Of a stretch of 64,000 bases of DNA, positions 17,501 to 26,053 are shown one piece after another. A program made the position numbers and the translations under genes. The stretch is from assembly GCA_963665665.1 (NCBI GenBank), contig OY762428.1:1600001-1664000 (forward strand), read 5' to 3'. The notes under the pieces were generated by a model, which had not been told where the DNA came from, did not search any database, and was given only the letters and a program-made list of their open reading frames with translations. This DNA comes from Candidatus Kapaibacterium sp. (GTDB lineage Bacteria > Bacteroidota > Ignavibacteria > Kapaibacteriales > UBA2268). Within the stretch, counting starts at the first letter, position 1. Every line of letters starts with the position of its first letter.

Positions 17501-20500
17501 CGATCTTTGTAACTGAAGCTGTATCGTCACGAAGTTTAAGAACGTTACCTGTAAATGTCGGAGGATCAACATTGCGAACAACCTTGAATGAAATACCATC
17601 GTCATAAGCCGGGATAACGCCTTCTCTCCAGAGAACTGTACGAGAGATCACTCTAACAACATCGCCGGTATCAACCGGAAGTGCTGTGAAACGTTCACCA
17701 GCGTAGAATGTTGCCTGGTTGTTATTATCAACTGGCATTGCAAAGTTACCGTTATCATCCCTGTTCGAGAAGAGATCGCTTACATTACCAAATGAGTAAT
17801 AAGGATTATCATAGCGTCTTCCTTCGAGAGTAGCTTCGTCTTCACTGTAAGGATCGTTAGCTAACTGACGGAGGAGATATTCGCCTGTACCAAGGTTAAT
17901 AAGGCCTTCAGCTGTACGGCGGATAAGAGAGTTAGGATTCCTGTTAGTAGAATCAGGAACAAGTTCAACTCTCGCACGGAATATTTCACGATAAGGAGCT
18001 TCATTGTGAACCTGGTTAAAGTTAACGCGAATGAAGTCACCAGTTGTTTCATTGATTACGAAGAATACTGATTCGTTAAGTGTTCTCGGGTCGAAGTTGG
18101 ACCTTTCAGCAACACCATCATAATCAACCATTGATTCAAGATACAGCGGATAACCAATCGGATGGATCATTTCGCCGTTTTTATTAGCGCGGAACTCATC
18201 CTGAAGCTGAGCAATAGCAGGGTATTTTAATGCGCCTGTGCTATCAATTTCTTCAGCTACGAAAGGATCGCGTGTATAACGTTTTACATATTTACCGTTT
18301 GAAGGCATAAGGGCATCTTCGAATCTTTTAACGATCGGAGGAATACCAACTGCAAAGTCTTCAATCGGGCTCATTCTGCGTTTTGAGTAATCAGCAGTTT
18401 TAATGTCTGTACCTTTGTCATAAATGTCGTAGATACGACCTGACTGAAGAACTGCATCAGGAATTGATCCTGCTTCAGGAGTATTTTCATTACCACTGAT
18501 GTTCTTCATAGGTATTGCTGTATAAGTATATTGGCCATTCTTTTCAAACGGACCCTGATCGCGGAGATCGCTGGATGAGTTGTATTTCAGCCAGAGATTG
18601 TTATTTCCGTCAGTGTCAACAAAGAATGTATGCTGAATAGCGCCATTATAACCAAAGCTGTTTTCAATTACGATGTCAACATTTGCTTCTGTACGGCCCC
18701 AATAGTTACCGCGAAGTGTATCTGTTCCGCCATAGCCAATACCGGTTGTTCCTGCAAGAACGCCTTTTGTATTAGGAGCATCAGGAAGCCTGATAAGGAA
18801 GCGGGCATCGTTATCATAAATTGAGTTAGCTGCTTCTGAGTAAATTGCATTCGGAAGCGGACCCTGAACTTCACCATAAATGATAGAGCCTGCAAGATCG
18901 CTGGATGCAAAGTTTGTTGTAATATCGTTTGTATTTTCATCTCTTACGATAGGACCGGTAATAGCATTTTGTTCCATACCGATTTCTGATTCTGCAATGT
19001 TTCCGGCAACAAGTGACCTGTTAAGGATAAGTTTAAGGTCAAAGTTGTCTGAGTAAATTGCAGCGCCGGAGAATGATTTATTGTCCTGCATTCTTACGCG
19101 GTTGAACCAAACTGAGTCAACACGTCCGATTCTGTTAACAGTTACACTGTCCAGAATATAAAGAGCACCACCAAGGCCTACACCATTTTCAGGAAGCATG
19201 ATTTCCTGGTGAAGGCGAACAACGTCAGTGTGGCTTTCGTCAACAGGCCTGAGGTCGTTCCATGTAGCGCCTGCGTCAGTTGTTGATTTAACAAGTCCTG
19301 CATCGCCAACTATATAACCATTGCTTGTTGTCGGGAAGAATACATCATATAAGTTATAATCTGTTTCTGCATCAAGTTCTGTCCATGTGTCGCCACCGTC
19401 TTCTGTTTTGTAAAGTGTACCGTAAGTACCTGTTACATAACCAGTGTTCTGTGAAGTGAAGAAACATGAATAAAGGTCATCATTAATACCAAGATCAATA
19501 ACTGACCATGTCTGGCCGCCGTTTTCTGTTTTTACAACAAGGCCGGCATTACCAGTGATATAACCAACGTTAGCATCAACGAATGCAATGTGGTTAAGTT
19601 TAACAATAACTGAAGGAATGAACTGTACATCCCATGTAGCGCCACCATCGTCAGTAACAAGGATAAGGCCTCTTTCGCCTACTGCATATCCCCTGTTAAC
19701 GCCTGTGAAGAATACACCAAGAAGGTCTGCATCTTCGGGGCGTGTATAAGTCCATGTAGCACCGCCATTGATTGTTTTAAGAATATAACCATCGTCACAT
19801 ACAGCATAACCTGTGTTTGTGCCGATGAAGAACAGGTCGTTTACAGCTTTCTGAATAGGAGTTGTAAGTTCTTCCCAGCTGCTTCCGCCGTTTTCTGTTT
19901 TCAGGATAACGCCCATTGCATCGGGCCTGCCTGTAACACCACCAACAGCGTATCCAACATCTGAACTTGTGAATACAACATCATTAAGTCTGTAATTTGT
20001 ACCTGAAGTCTGATATGTCCAGTTTACACCGCCGTTTGTAAGTTTGGCAATTTTTCCGCCATAACCAACAACGTAACCGGTATTGTTATCAAGCCAGGTT
20101 GTAGCATAGAAGTTGCTTGTTCCAACGAGTGTACCTTTACCAATCTGTGTTGTACCGGAACCGCTCTGAGAAGCAAGAATTTCGTCGTCAACTTCAATTA
20201 CGTTGCCGAGGAATCTTGTAAGCATTCTCTGGTCAGCAGGATAAGGAACTTCTTCGAATGTAAATACATCGTCGTTTGACATAAAGTCATAAGCTACGCC
20301 ATTCTCGTCATACATAACATGGTCAAGGTCTGACAAGAAGAAACGTTTTGTAGTTGCGAACGGGTTAACCATACATACGGCAGCACCGTTAGCATTATAA
20401 AGCATGTTTTCACGGAATTCAACGCCTTTAACAACGTTAAGGTCAGCATTGATAGTATAGATAGCAGCACCACCGCGAATTTCCGGTTTGTTAGCATCTA

Positions 20501-22670
20501 AAATACCTTCACCAACAACGTTTTCGTTAAATTCAGCTCTGATGATTTGAATCATTCTCTCGTGCGGAGGTTTGATTTCAATATCAGCAGGAATAGCAAC
20601 CATTAAAGCACCACCGGCATAACCGGCTGTATTTTCATGGAAACGAACCGGATATTTACCACCATAACCAATAAGGTTATCTGCAGCAACACCACCGGCA
20701 CCGTTTATCGACATATTTCTTTTTGTAAGTACAGCGCCACCCCAGCTAAGAGCTTCGTTTTCATCAAAGTAGATATTGAAGCCGTAATCGCGTGTCTGAA
20801 CGCCGGCATCACTACCACCAATGATCGGTGACATTTTAGGATCTGTATTACCATCAACATAGATAGCACCACCGGCGCCTGCTACGTTCTGGTAGAATTT
20901 TGTCTGGTTGTTAAGGTCTTCCCTTGTGGGGCCACCTCTTACCTGAAGACGGCCAAGAGTATTTTCTTCAAAGATAGCGCCACCCATTGAGTAGTAACCG
21001 CTATTCTGTCCTGAAGCATCGTCTTCAAGGAATTTAGTATATGTTTTGTTATGGCTGAATTCGCCGGCAACAATCATGGAAGTGTAACGGCCAAGATAAA
21101 TGGCACCACCGCGAGCACCTTTTGTGCTTGCAGCATCCTGATAGTTTTCAGCAAAGTTGCCAATGGCATGGAAAGTATCTTCATCATCAAATACTTCAAT
21201 GTTGCCATCAATTTTAATACTGTTGTTCAAACCGAATGCAACTTCGATCTGCCTGTCTTCTGCACCTTCACGGCCTGCTATATAAATAGCACCGCCATAA
21301 GCACAGTCACCATAAAGCTGAGGATAATCTGCCGGATTATCGTAATCCTGCTCAACTACCTGGAAACCACCCTGATTTGTAAATATAATGTTTACAAGCT
21401 CAACTTTATTCTGGTTAAATTTAAGATTACGGATACGGCCAAGATAAACAGCAAGCCTACCGTCGTCATAAGCCTGACGGTCGTAATCTGACATTGGTTC
21501 TTCCATACCCGGTTCATCGATCATATCGATTTTCAGTATGGGGTTATTTCTTACTATACATGAAATATTACCGTCTTTATCAGTAATATTCGGGTTTTTA
21601 TCAGCATCATAGTAGCCAACAGCCTGATCTGACATCGGGAAACCTGCGGGAGCCTGAAGAATATTCAGAGCACCACCGCGATAGCGTGCAGTATTATTTG
21701 AGAATTCACAACCAAGGAGCCAAAGCCTTGATGAGAATGTTGTAATAGCACCACCGGAACCGTTAGATGCCATCACCATCCTGCGATTAAGATCGCGAAC
21801 TTCATCCCAGGTATAACCGGGGAAATCAGCCTGTGAATAATAATCAGTACGATCTACCATAGTATCCTTGCGGAAACCTTCGAATGAACAGTTCCTGAAG
21901 AAAGCTGCCCTTGCACCAGGTAGAACAACGATATGTCCCCATTCCCTTGAAAAATCATTTGTCGGCTGGCCGATAAATGTAATTCTTTCAGGACCGAAAG
22001 GAACTGTACCGTAGTTTTCTCTTTGCCAGGGATTGATAGTCAGGTTGATATCATCATTAATATCTTTGTTCATTCTGGCTGCTTTGAACATAATAGCCTG
22101 TTCGAAGCTGATAACAGCTTCATTTTCATCAAGTGGATACATTACAGCGCCGGGATGTTCCAGATCGCGGATAGTTCTGTCGTCCAAATCAAGGATAACA
22201 TTATAAACGTAATCATATTTGTCTTCGTGAACTGTAATGTCTCTTGCAGTTTCCACACCAATAGTCGAAACAGTTCTGCTTGTTTCTGACTGGTATAGGA
22301 AATAGTCAAGGTCTGAATAGCCGGCCCAACCATAAGGGTTAGCCGATGAACCCGGAGCGGCAACTGGATCGATGTTGTCCGGATTTTGTGTGTAAGTTGC
22401 TTCGGCAAAACCGTCGGCGATTACTCTACCTCCGGCTGCAACAACGAGCTTACCTAACGGGTTGAATAAAACTTCCGTACCCGGTTCAATGATAAGCGTA
22501 CCTTTTACTGTGTATGCCCTGTCAATAACATAAGTTGAGTCTTTGACAAAGATACGGACATGCCCGGATTCAGTTTCCCCGGACACATACACCTGGTCGG
22601 CTTGCCCGGTATTATAACCGAAAATGGCAAGTATAAACGCCAGGATGCTCAAACGAAAAAATCGTTGCAT
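14538..22670 (-). CDS. Giant (~2710 aa) T9SS cargo: GGA(I/L) beta-helix with inserted YCF48/BNR propeller, Ig/cadherin-like domains, ATDG-type domain, CTD
   Basis: Likely ATG at 22670 (MQRFFRL) with GGAGGT RBS and signal peptide; many GGAI/FxxN repeats; 7 TxxGGxxW blades; CTD SPNPYS...LSSGSYVVRL. Confidence 0.88.
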   Translation of the reverse strand: MQRFFRLSILAFILAIFGYNTGQADQVYVSGETESGHVRIFVKDSTYVIDRAYTVKGTLIIEPGTEVLFNPLGKLVVAAGGRVIADGFAEATYTQNPDNIDPVAAPGSSANPYGWAGYSDLDYFLYQSETSRTVSTIGVETARDITVHEDKYDYVYNVILDLDDRTIRDLEHPGAVMYPLDENEAVISFEQAIMFKAARMNKDINDDINLTINPWQRENYGTVPFGPERITFIGQPTNDFSREWGHIVVLPGARAAFFRNCSFEGFRKDTMVDRTDYYSQADFPGYTWDEVRDLNRRMVMASNGSGGAITTFSSRLWLLGCEFSNNTARYRGGALNILQAPAGFPMSDQAVGYYDADKNPNITDKDGNISCIVRNNPILKIDMIDEPGMEEPMSDYDRQAYDDGRLAVYLGRIRNLKFNQNKVELVNIIFTNQGGFQVVEQDYDNPADYPQLYGDCAYGGAIYIAGREGAEDRQIEVAFGLNNSIKIDGNIEVFDDEDTFHAIGNFAENYQDAASTKGARGGAIYLGRYTSMIVAGEFSHNKTYTKFLEDDASGQNSGYYSMGGAIFEENTLGRLQVRGGPTREDLNNQTKFYQNVAGAGGAIYVDGNTDPKMSPIIGGSDAGVQTRDYGFNIYFDENEALSWGGAVLTKRNMSINGAGGVAADNLIGYGGKYPVRFHENTAGYAGGALMVAIPADIEIKPPHERMIQIIRAEFNENVVGEGILDANKPEIRGGAAIYTINADLNVVKGVEFRENMLYNANGAAVCMVNPFATTKRFFLSDLDHVMYDENGVAYDFMSNDDVFTFEEVPYPADQRMLTRFLGNVIEVDDEILASQSGSGTTQIGKGTLVGTSNFYATTWLDNNTGYVVGYGGKIAKLTNGGVNWTYQTSGTNYRLNDVVFTSSDVGYAVGGVTGRPDAMGVILKTENGGSSWEELTTPIQKAVNDLFFIGTNTGYAVCDDGYILKTINGGATWTYTRPEDADLLGVFFTGVNRGYAVGERGLILVTDDGGATWDVQFIPSVIVKLNHIAFVDANVGYITGNAGLVVKTENGGQTWSVIDLGINDDLYSCFFTSQNTGYVTGTYGTLYKTEDGGDTWTELDAETDYNLYDVFFPTTSNGYIVGDAGLVKSTTDAGATWNDLRPVDESHTDVVRLHQEIMLPENGVGLGGALYILDSVTVNRIGRVDSVWFNRVRMQDNKSFSGAAIYSDNFDLKLILNRSLVAGNIAESEIGMEQNAITGPIVRDENTNDITTNFASSDLAGSIIYGEVQGPLPNAIYSEAANSIYDNDARFLIRLPDAPNTKGVLAGTTGIGYGGTDTLRGNYWGRTEANVDIVIENSFGYNGAIQHTFFVDTDGNNNLWLKYNSSSDLRDQGPFEKNGQYTYTAIPMKNISGNENTPEAGSIPDAVLQSGRIYDIYDKGTDIKTADYSKRRMSPIEDFAVGIPPIVKRFEDALMPSNGKYVKRYTRDPFVAEEIDSTGALKYPAIAQLQDEFRANKNGEMIHPIGYPLYLESMVDYDGVAERSNFDPRTLNESVFFVINETTGDFIRVNFNQVHNEAPYREIFRARVELVPDSTNRNPNSLIRRTAEGLINLGTGEYLLRQLANDPYSEDEATLEGRRYDNPYYSFGNVSDLFSNRDDNGNFAMPVDNNNQATFYAGERFTALPVDTGDVVRVISRTVLWREGVIPAYDDGISFKVVRNVDPPTFTGNVLKLRDDTASVTKIVPSEVPGKQLDTLVMTSLLNTIFLTENRYYPVEEGFYSDPDDPNIGDDAAGRDSILTITAMDTNQYYDPRSQMYPELYSFLTYEWHPTYDPTDPRHGQYNPNTALEHWILVDTVASENNTDWENSYQLPRDDADGYILFRGQPMNPFVVPGGEWINVKGMSYPPYYRTLDSLKALPDSLRPSDEYIAKFIELFRPYLSAPAYQDMEARYLQQDTIDYVGQNGYHTGDYAFRIIVVDSTPRFIGPDESEEEVTRRVDMAGTREVVGTYMPSLYPCRRSDEDGTLMANLTDKLRFKVDFNTDDELEDSWASGWDFRYGRTAYGFMNIAVRAGEDDVVIDSTIYDNDGDGRENDTTITQTRPVWMANEYLHEYGDGVTDPASDTFGAQFQTWGKLDIRIDRDEAIELLTPSKQVNNKLNTDTVFTVVVNDGHGGVNYMDMPVFINIQPEIITQSLPDAEEDIDYNPGLDDTTRAISVYDPNFGQWHEYELIYEDYPQDEIQKDPCFPEAGVWDVSNMKTTPDWLKINKESGLLYGKPMLKADNEVAPQDELVTVLVRDEDDLTYVKQIPLRVLKTNHDPDIDQAPIVKCIESAKFNADDRVYNDTLLVSDLDLLRRVDGENEVLTLTVVEPSAGVTLDPTTINGPLDLDTVKVSVTITDPSALSRDADGKVTIIIKVTDKDGAEKELPFRLKLMEEADFLCDIIIENHLGAMETLTWGTAARNASTGDADDGNPLGMLDSNYCEYDLPPLPPLDVFDARWTIPTRNGTLISVFPQAPGQEGTYVYRASFQAGGENGQTSPAYPVTLKWKKSQIPPMDNNEVNPSGGSWYLKDAQSNGNIFRVDMRDPNYNDPNIASYIELTEDGEYTVLSIKQNEIDAFLIIYDWTTPVETQVGLPTVAKVNSVSPNPYSNTGDVTVGFQIPRSGKIALDVFDALGNKVATLADSYYEAGTHNIVWKANDLDGKALSSGSYVVRLTANGTTSTMPLVIVK

Positions 22671-22752
22671 AGTACCTCCAATGAATAAATACCTGTTATT
22701 TATCAAAAAATCTATTGTTTTCTCCATAAAAAAATTCATTTCAAATCTATGA

Positions 22753-23472
22753 TTATTCAATTATCGTGCCAATACGAACCAGTCCTGTCTTAGCTTTTCC
22801 GCTAAATTCGGATAAGCCTGACTCGTCAATAATTTTTCTATAAAGTTCTTCTGCTTTTTCTTTATCGCCGGCTTTTTCGTAATTCCTTCCGGCATAATAC
22901 TGATACCTTACTTTCGAAGAAGATTCGGATGCAGTATTTGCAGCATCTTCGTAATGGCCGGCAGCTTCTTTATAATTTTTATCAGCTTCAGCACAAACGC
23001 CAAGGCCGGCATGAGCGCCAATCAGAACCAATTTTGATTCCGAATCCATAGCGTTTTCAAAATATGATCTTGCTTCTGAATATTTGCCAAGTTCCACATA
23101 AGCATTTGCAGCATAAAGGGCTGCTGTTTTTCCCGGCTCCACACCTGAATATTTATTTGCAATGGCAGTTAATCCTAATATAGACTGTCCCCTTACCTTT
23201 TTATTAGGATCGCCGTTAATAGCCAGCTCATATTGTCCCTGATTATAATAATTGAGTATCCTGGAAAGTTCTGTGGTAGCTTCCTTCTGCTCGTCTGCCT
23301 GGGCACTTCTCATGTAAAACATACCAAGAACAATAATAATTACAGCCCCAAATCCAATAACAAAATGTTTCCAATATTTCTGTACGAACTCTAACGATTG
23401 TTCAGCGGAATTTTCTCCCGACTTTTCTCCATTTTCTTGTGTCATTTTTTTATTGTTTTCCATTTTTTTCAA
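22753..23472 (-). CDS. Membrane-anchored TPR protein (YfgM-like)
   Basis: One TM helix followed by TPR helices (ALYAANAYVELGKYSEARSYFE, YYAGRNYEKAGDKEKA). Confidence 0.85.
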   Translation of the reverse strand: MKKMENNKKMTQENGEKSGENSAEQSLEFVQKYWKHFVIGFGAVIIIVLGMFYMRSAQADEQKEATTELSRILNYYNQGQYELAINGDPNKKVRGQSILGLTAIANKYSGVEPGKTAALYAANAYVELGKYSEARSYFENAMDSESKLVLIGAHAGLGVCAEADKNYKEAAGHYEDAANTASESSSKVRYQYYAGRNYEKAGDKEKAEELYRKIIDESGLSEFSGKAKTGLVRIGTIIE

Positions 23473-23528
23473 AATCCTTATTTTCTATTTACTTGATACT
23501 CTTTTTAACTCGTTTATTTTCAATTTTG

Positions 23529-23602
23529 TACGCCCGAAGGGATTCGAACCCTTAGCCTTTGGAACCGGAATCCAACACTCTGTCCAGTTGAGCTACGGGC
23601 GC
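23529..23602 (-). tRNA. tRNA-Arg(CCG)
   Basis: Reverse complement GCGCCCGTAGCTCAACTGGACAGAGTG-TTGGA-TTCCGGT-TCCAA-AGGCTAAGGGTTCGAATCCCTTCGGGCGTA; cloverleaf, anticodon CCG, CCA not encoded. Confidence 0.96.
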
Positions 23603-23620
23603 TTTTAAGCCACGTCAATG

Positions 23621-23628
23621 CAAAATTA
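23621..23628 (-). promoter_or_regulatory. -7 promoter element (TAATTTTG) for tRNA-Arg and possibly downstream genes
   Basis: TAnnTTTG 18 nt upstream of the tRNA 5' end. Confidence 0.55.
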
Positions 23629-23636
23629 AAACACAA

Positions 23637-23666
23637 ATCCCGAAAATCCAATTGGAATTTCGGGAT
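23637..23666 (-). terminator. Hairpin downstream of the E1 gene
   Basis: ATCCCGAAA / TTTCGGGAT stem. Confidence 0.6.
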
Positions 23667-23792
23667 GTATGCCGTTCAAATCATTAATTTTGTGTCATAT
23701 TTGCGTTCTTTGTGTGTCTTTTTTTACAGTGTCAGGTTTATTACACACTTTGAAATTATCTGACAATTTTGCTAAATTTTTTCCACACTGTT

Positions 23793-25925
23793 CTAAAACC
23801 TGACAACTTTTTCCACACTTTGTTTAACATCTTCCACACTTAGCAATATAGCATTTTCGTAGCTTTTTGCAAAACCAACAGGAGTATTTTTCGATCCTAC
23901 ACGTTTAACAGGTGCATCAAGAGAGGTAAAACAATTCTCTGTTATCTCCGCGGAAATCTCACCGCCGAAACCGCCAATAAGTTTATCTTCATGTGCAATC
24001 AATGCCCGGCCTGTTTTCCTGACCGATTCAAATACAAGTTCCTTATCCCATGGTATCAAAGACCGCAAATCTATAACTTCGGCTGAAATCCCGGATTCTT
24101 TTTCAAGTTTTTCTGCTGCCATAAGGCTCATGTGGACTGCATTCCCATAGCTAACAATGCTTATATCCGTACCTTCCCTTCTAATTTTTCCTTTACCAAA
24201 CGGTATGATAAAGTCATCATCCGGTGTCGGGCCATAAGCCTGTTTGAAATTGTAAAGGAATTTGGGTTCCAGGTGCATAGTTACACCTTTTGACCTCATT
24301 GCATTTCTGATCAAACCGATAGCATCCTCAGCAAATGAAGGATAAACCACCCTTATTCCGGGAAATGTTGTCAGCACACCTTCAATTGTCTGAGAGTGAT
24401 ATAACCCGCCCTGAATATAACCGCCGCTTGCCAGCCTGATAAGAACATTGGGGCTGAACTGGCCTTTTGTTCTCCAGTATTCATGCGAATGTTCAACAAG
24501 TTGTTCCATTGCAGGCCAGAAATAATCTGCAAATTCTGCACCTTCTACAACAACTCTGATTTCATCGTCGTACCTGCAGAATCCGTTGGCCGTTCCAACA
24601 ATACTATCCTCGGCAATAGGGGAATTGAAAACCCTGTCGTTGCCAAATTCATGCATCATACCTTTCAGCACATTGAATACACCGCCTTTATTCTTCGAGG
24701 CAACATCCTGCCCCCACAGGTAAGTTTTCGGGTTTCGCCTGAACTCCTGCTTCAGAGCATAATTAATACCCTCAAGATAAGACAATTTTGGAGCATCAGG
24801 ATTCAGTATAGTTTCTGTATTATCTTCCTTTTTAACAATTGATTCCGGAATTATAAACTCGTGATAACTACTACCGTCTGCATCAGGCGCAGCCTCAGCT
24901 TTATCTGCCGCTTCGAAGATCTTTTCCTGATTTTCTTTTTCAAGTGCCAAAAGTTCCTTCTCTGTCATGAATCCTTCACTAAGGATTGTGTAACGCAACT
25001 GAAGCATCGGATCTCTTTGAGCAGCTTCGTCAATTTCTTCCGGTGTTCTGTATAATTCATGCGGATCAGAATTGGAATGGGAACTCATTCTGTCACAATC
25101 GGCATGAACCATAGCCGGCCCCATACCGGATTTTACATAATCCATGGCGTCAAGCATGGTATTATAGGAATTGAACGGACACCTGCCATTACAATTATAT
25201 ATCTCAAGGTTTTTAAAGCCTTTATAATTATCTGAAATTGTAGCGTTTGCCGTTTGTTCGTAAATCGGAACCGATATAGCATACTTATTATTCTGAATCA
25301 CGAAAATTACAGGGAGTTTTTCCAGAGTCGCAGTATTAAGAGCCTCCCAGAAGTACCCTTCTGAAGAAGCTGATTCACCGGCAGAATAAATTACGAATTC
25401 CTTTCCGCCAAACTTCTTGATTGCCCTGCCCAAACCTGCCGCGTGAAGTGAATGGTTCCCGGTACATGATGATACATTCTGGATTCCGATTTCCGGCTTT
25501 GCAAAGTGGTTGCTCATATGCCTTCCACCGCCTGCAACATCAGTTTCTTTACTCAGGCCGTTGAGAATTATTTCCTCTGGAGTCATTCCTCCTGCAAGAA
25601 CTGTCAGCATATCCCTGTAATATGGGAACAAATAGGATTTGTTTTCTCTAAAGATTTTTCCAATTGCAAACTGAATTCCGTCGTGCCCCCCAAATGGTGC
25701 GTGGTATGACCAGCCTTTTCCCATTTTCAGATAGAGAGCAGCTTTTTCATCCAGCCTCCGCCCCAGATGAATTGTTTTGTACCATTCAATAATTGTATTC
25801 TTGTCATAATTACGTGCATCGAATGCACAATTTAAAACCAATTCTCTTTCAACGCCAAGATAATTCATTTTTACCTTGGCGGACTCTGTGTTCAATATTT
25901 TTCCGACATTAACTTTTTTTGCCAT
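23793..25925 (-). CDS. Fused alpha/beta E1 component of a (branched-chain) 2-oxoacid dehydrogenase
   Basis: TPP motif GESASSEG...QNN; HSNSD loop; transketolase-like central and C-terminal domains (EVIDLRSLIPWD, HED). Confidence 0.92.
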   Translation of the reverse strand: MAKKVNVGKILNTESAKVKMNYLGVERELVLNCAFDARNYDKNTIIEWYKTIHLGRRLDEKAALYLKMGKGWSYHAPFGGHDGIQFAIGKIFRENKSYLFPYYRDMLTVLAGGMTPEEIILNGLSKETDVAGGGRHMSNHFAKPEIGIQNVSSCTGNHSLHAAGLGRAIKKFGGKEFVIYSAGESASSEGYFWEALNTATLEKLPVIFVIQNNKYAISVPIYEQTANATISDNYKGFKNLEIYNCNGRCPFNSYNTMLDAMDYVKSGMGPAMVHADCDRMSSHSNSDPHELYRTPEEIDEAAQRDPMLQLRYTILSEGFMTEKELLALEKENQEKIFEAADKAEAAPDADGSSYHEFIIPESIVKKEDNTETILNPDAPKLSYLEGINYALKQEFRRNPKTYLWGQDVASKNKGGVFNVLKGMMHEFGNDRVFNSPIAEDSIVGTANGFCRYDDEIRVVVEGAEFADYFWPAMEQLVEHSHEYWRTKGQFSPNVLIRLASGGYIQGGLYHSQTIEGVLTTFPGIRVVYPSFAEDAIGLIRNAMRSKGVTMHLEPKFLYNFKQAYGPTPDDDFIIPFGKGKIRREGTDISIVSYGNAVHMSLMAAEKLEKESGISAEVIDLRSLIPWDKELVFESVRKTGRALIAHEDKLIGGFGGEISAEITENCFTSLDAPVKRVGSKNTPVGFAKSYENAILLSVEDVKQSVEKVVRF

Positions 25926-26053
25926 TTTAGCTATCCTTATTATATAGACATATTGTATTATGAAATTTCAATTTTTTTACTACTTCAACTGCCTATATAA
26001 CACTTAAGCAGCAATGTTATTGTTTTTAGATTAAACTTAATTTAATATTAGGC

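Noticed and set aside
7241-22670. True cellulosome or polysaccharide utilisation locus
   Set aside because: No recognisable glycoside hydrolase catalytic domains and no SusC/SusD pair
22671-22760. N-terminal 30 aa of the 2740-aa ORF
   Set aside because: GGAGGT RBS and signal peptide point to ATG 22670
23529-23602. tRNA as integration site of a genomic island
   Set aside because: No integrase and no duplicated tRNA 3' end noticed in the window
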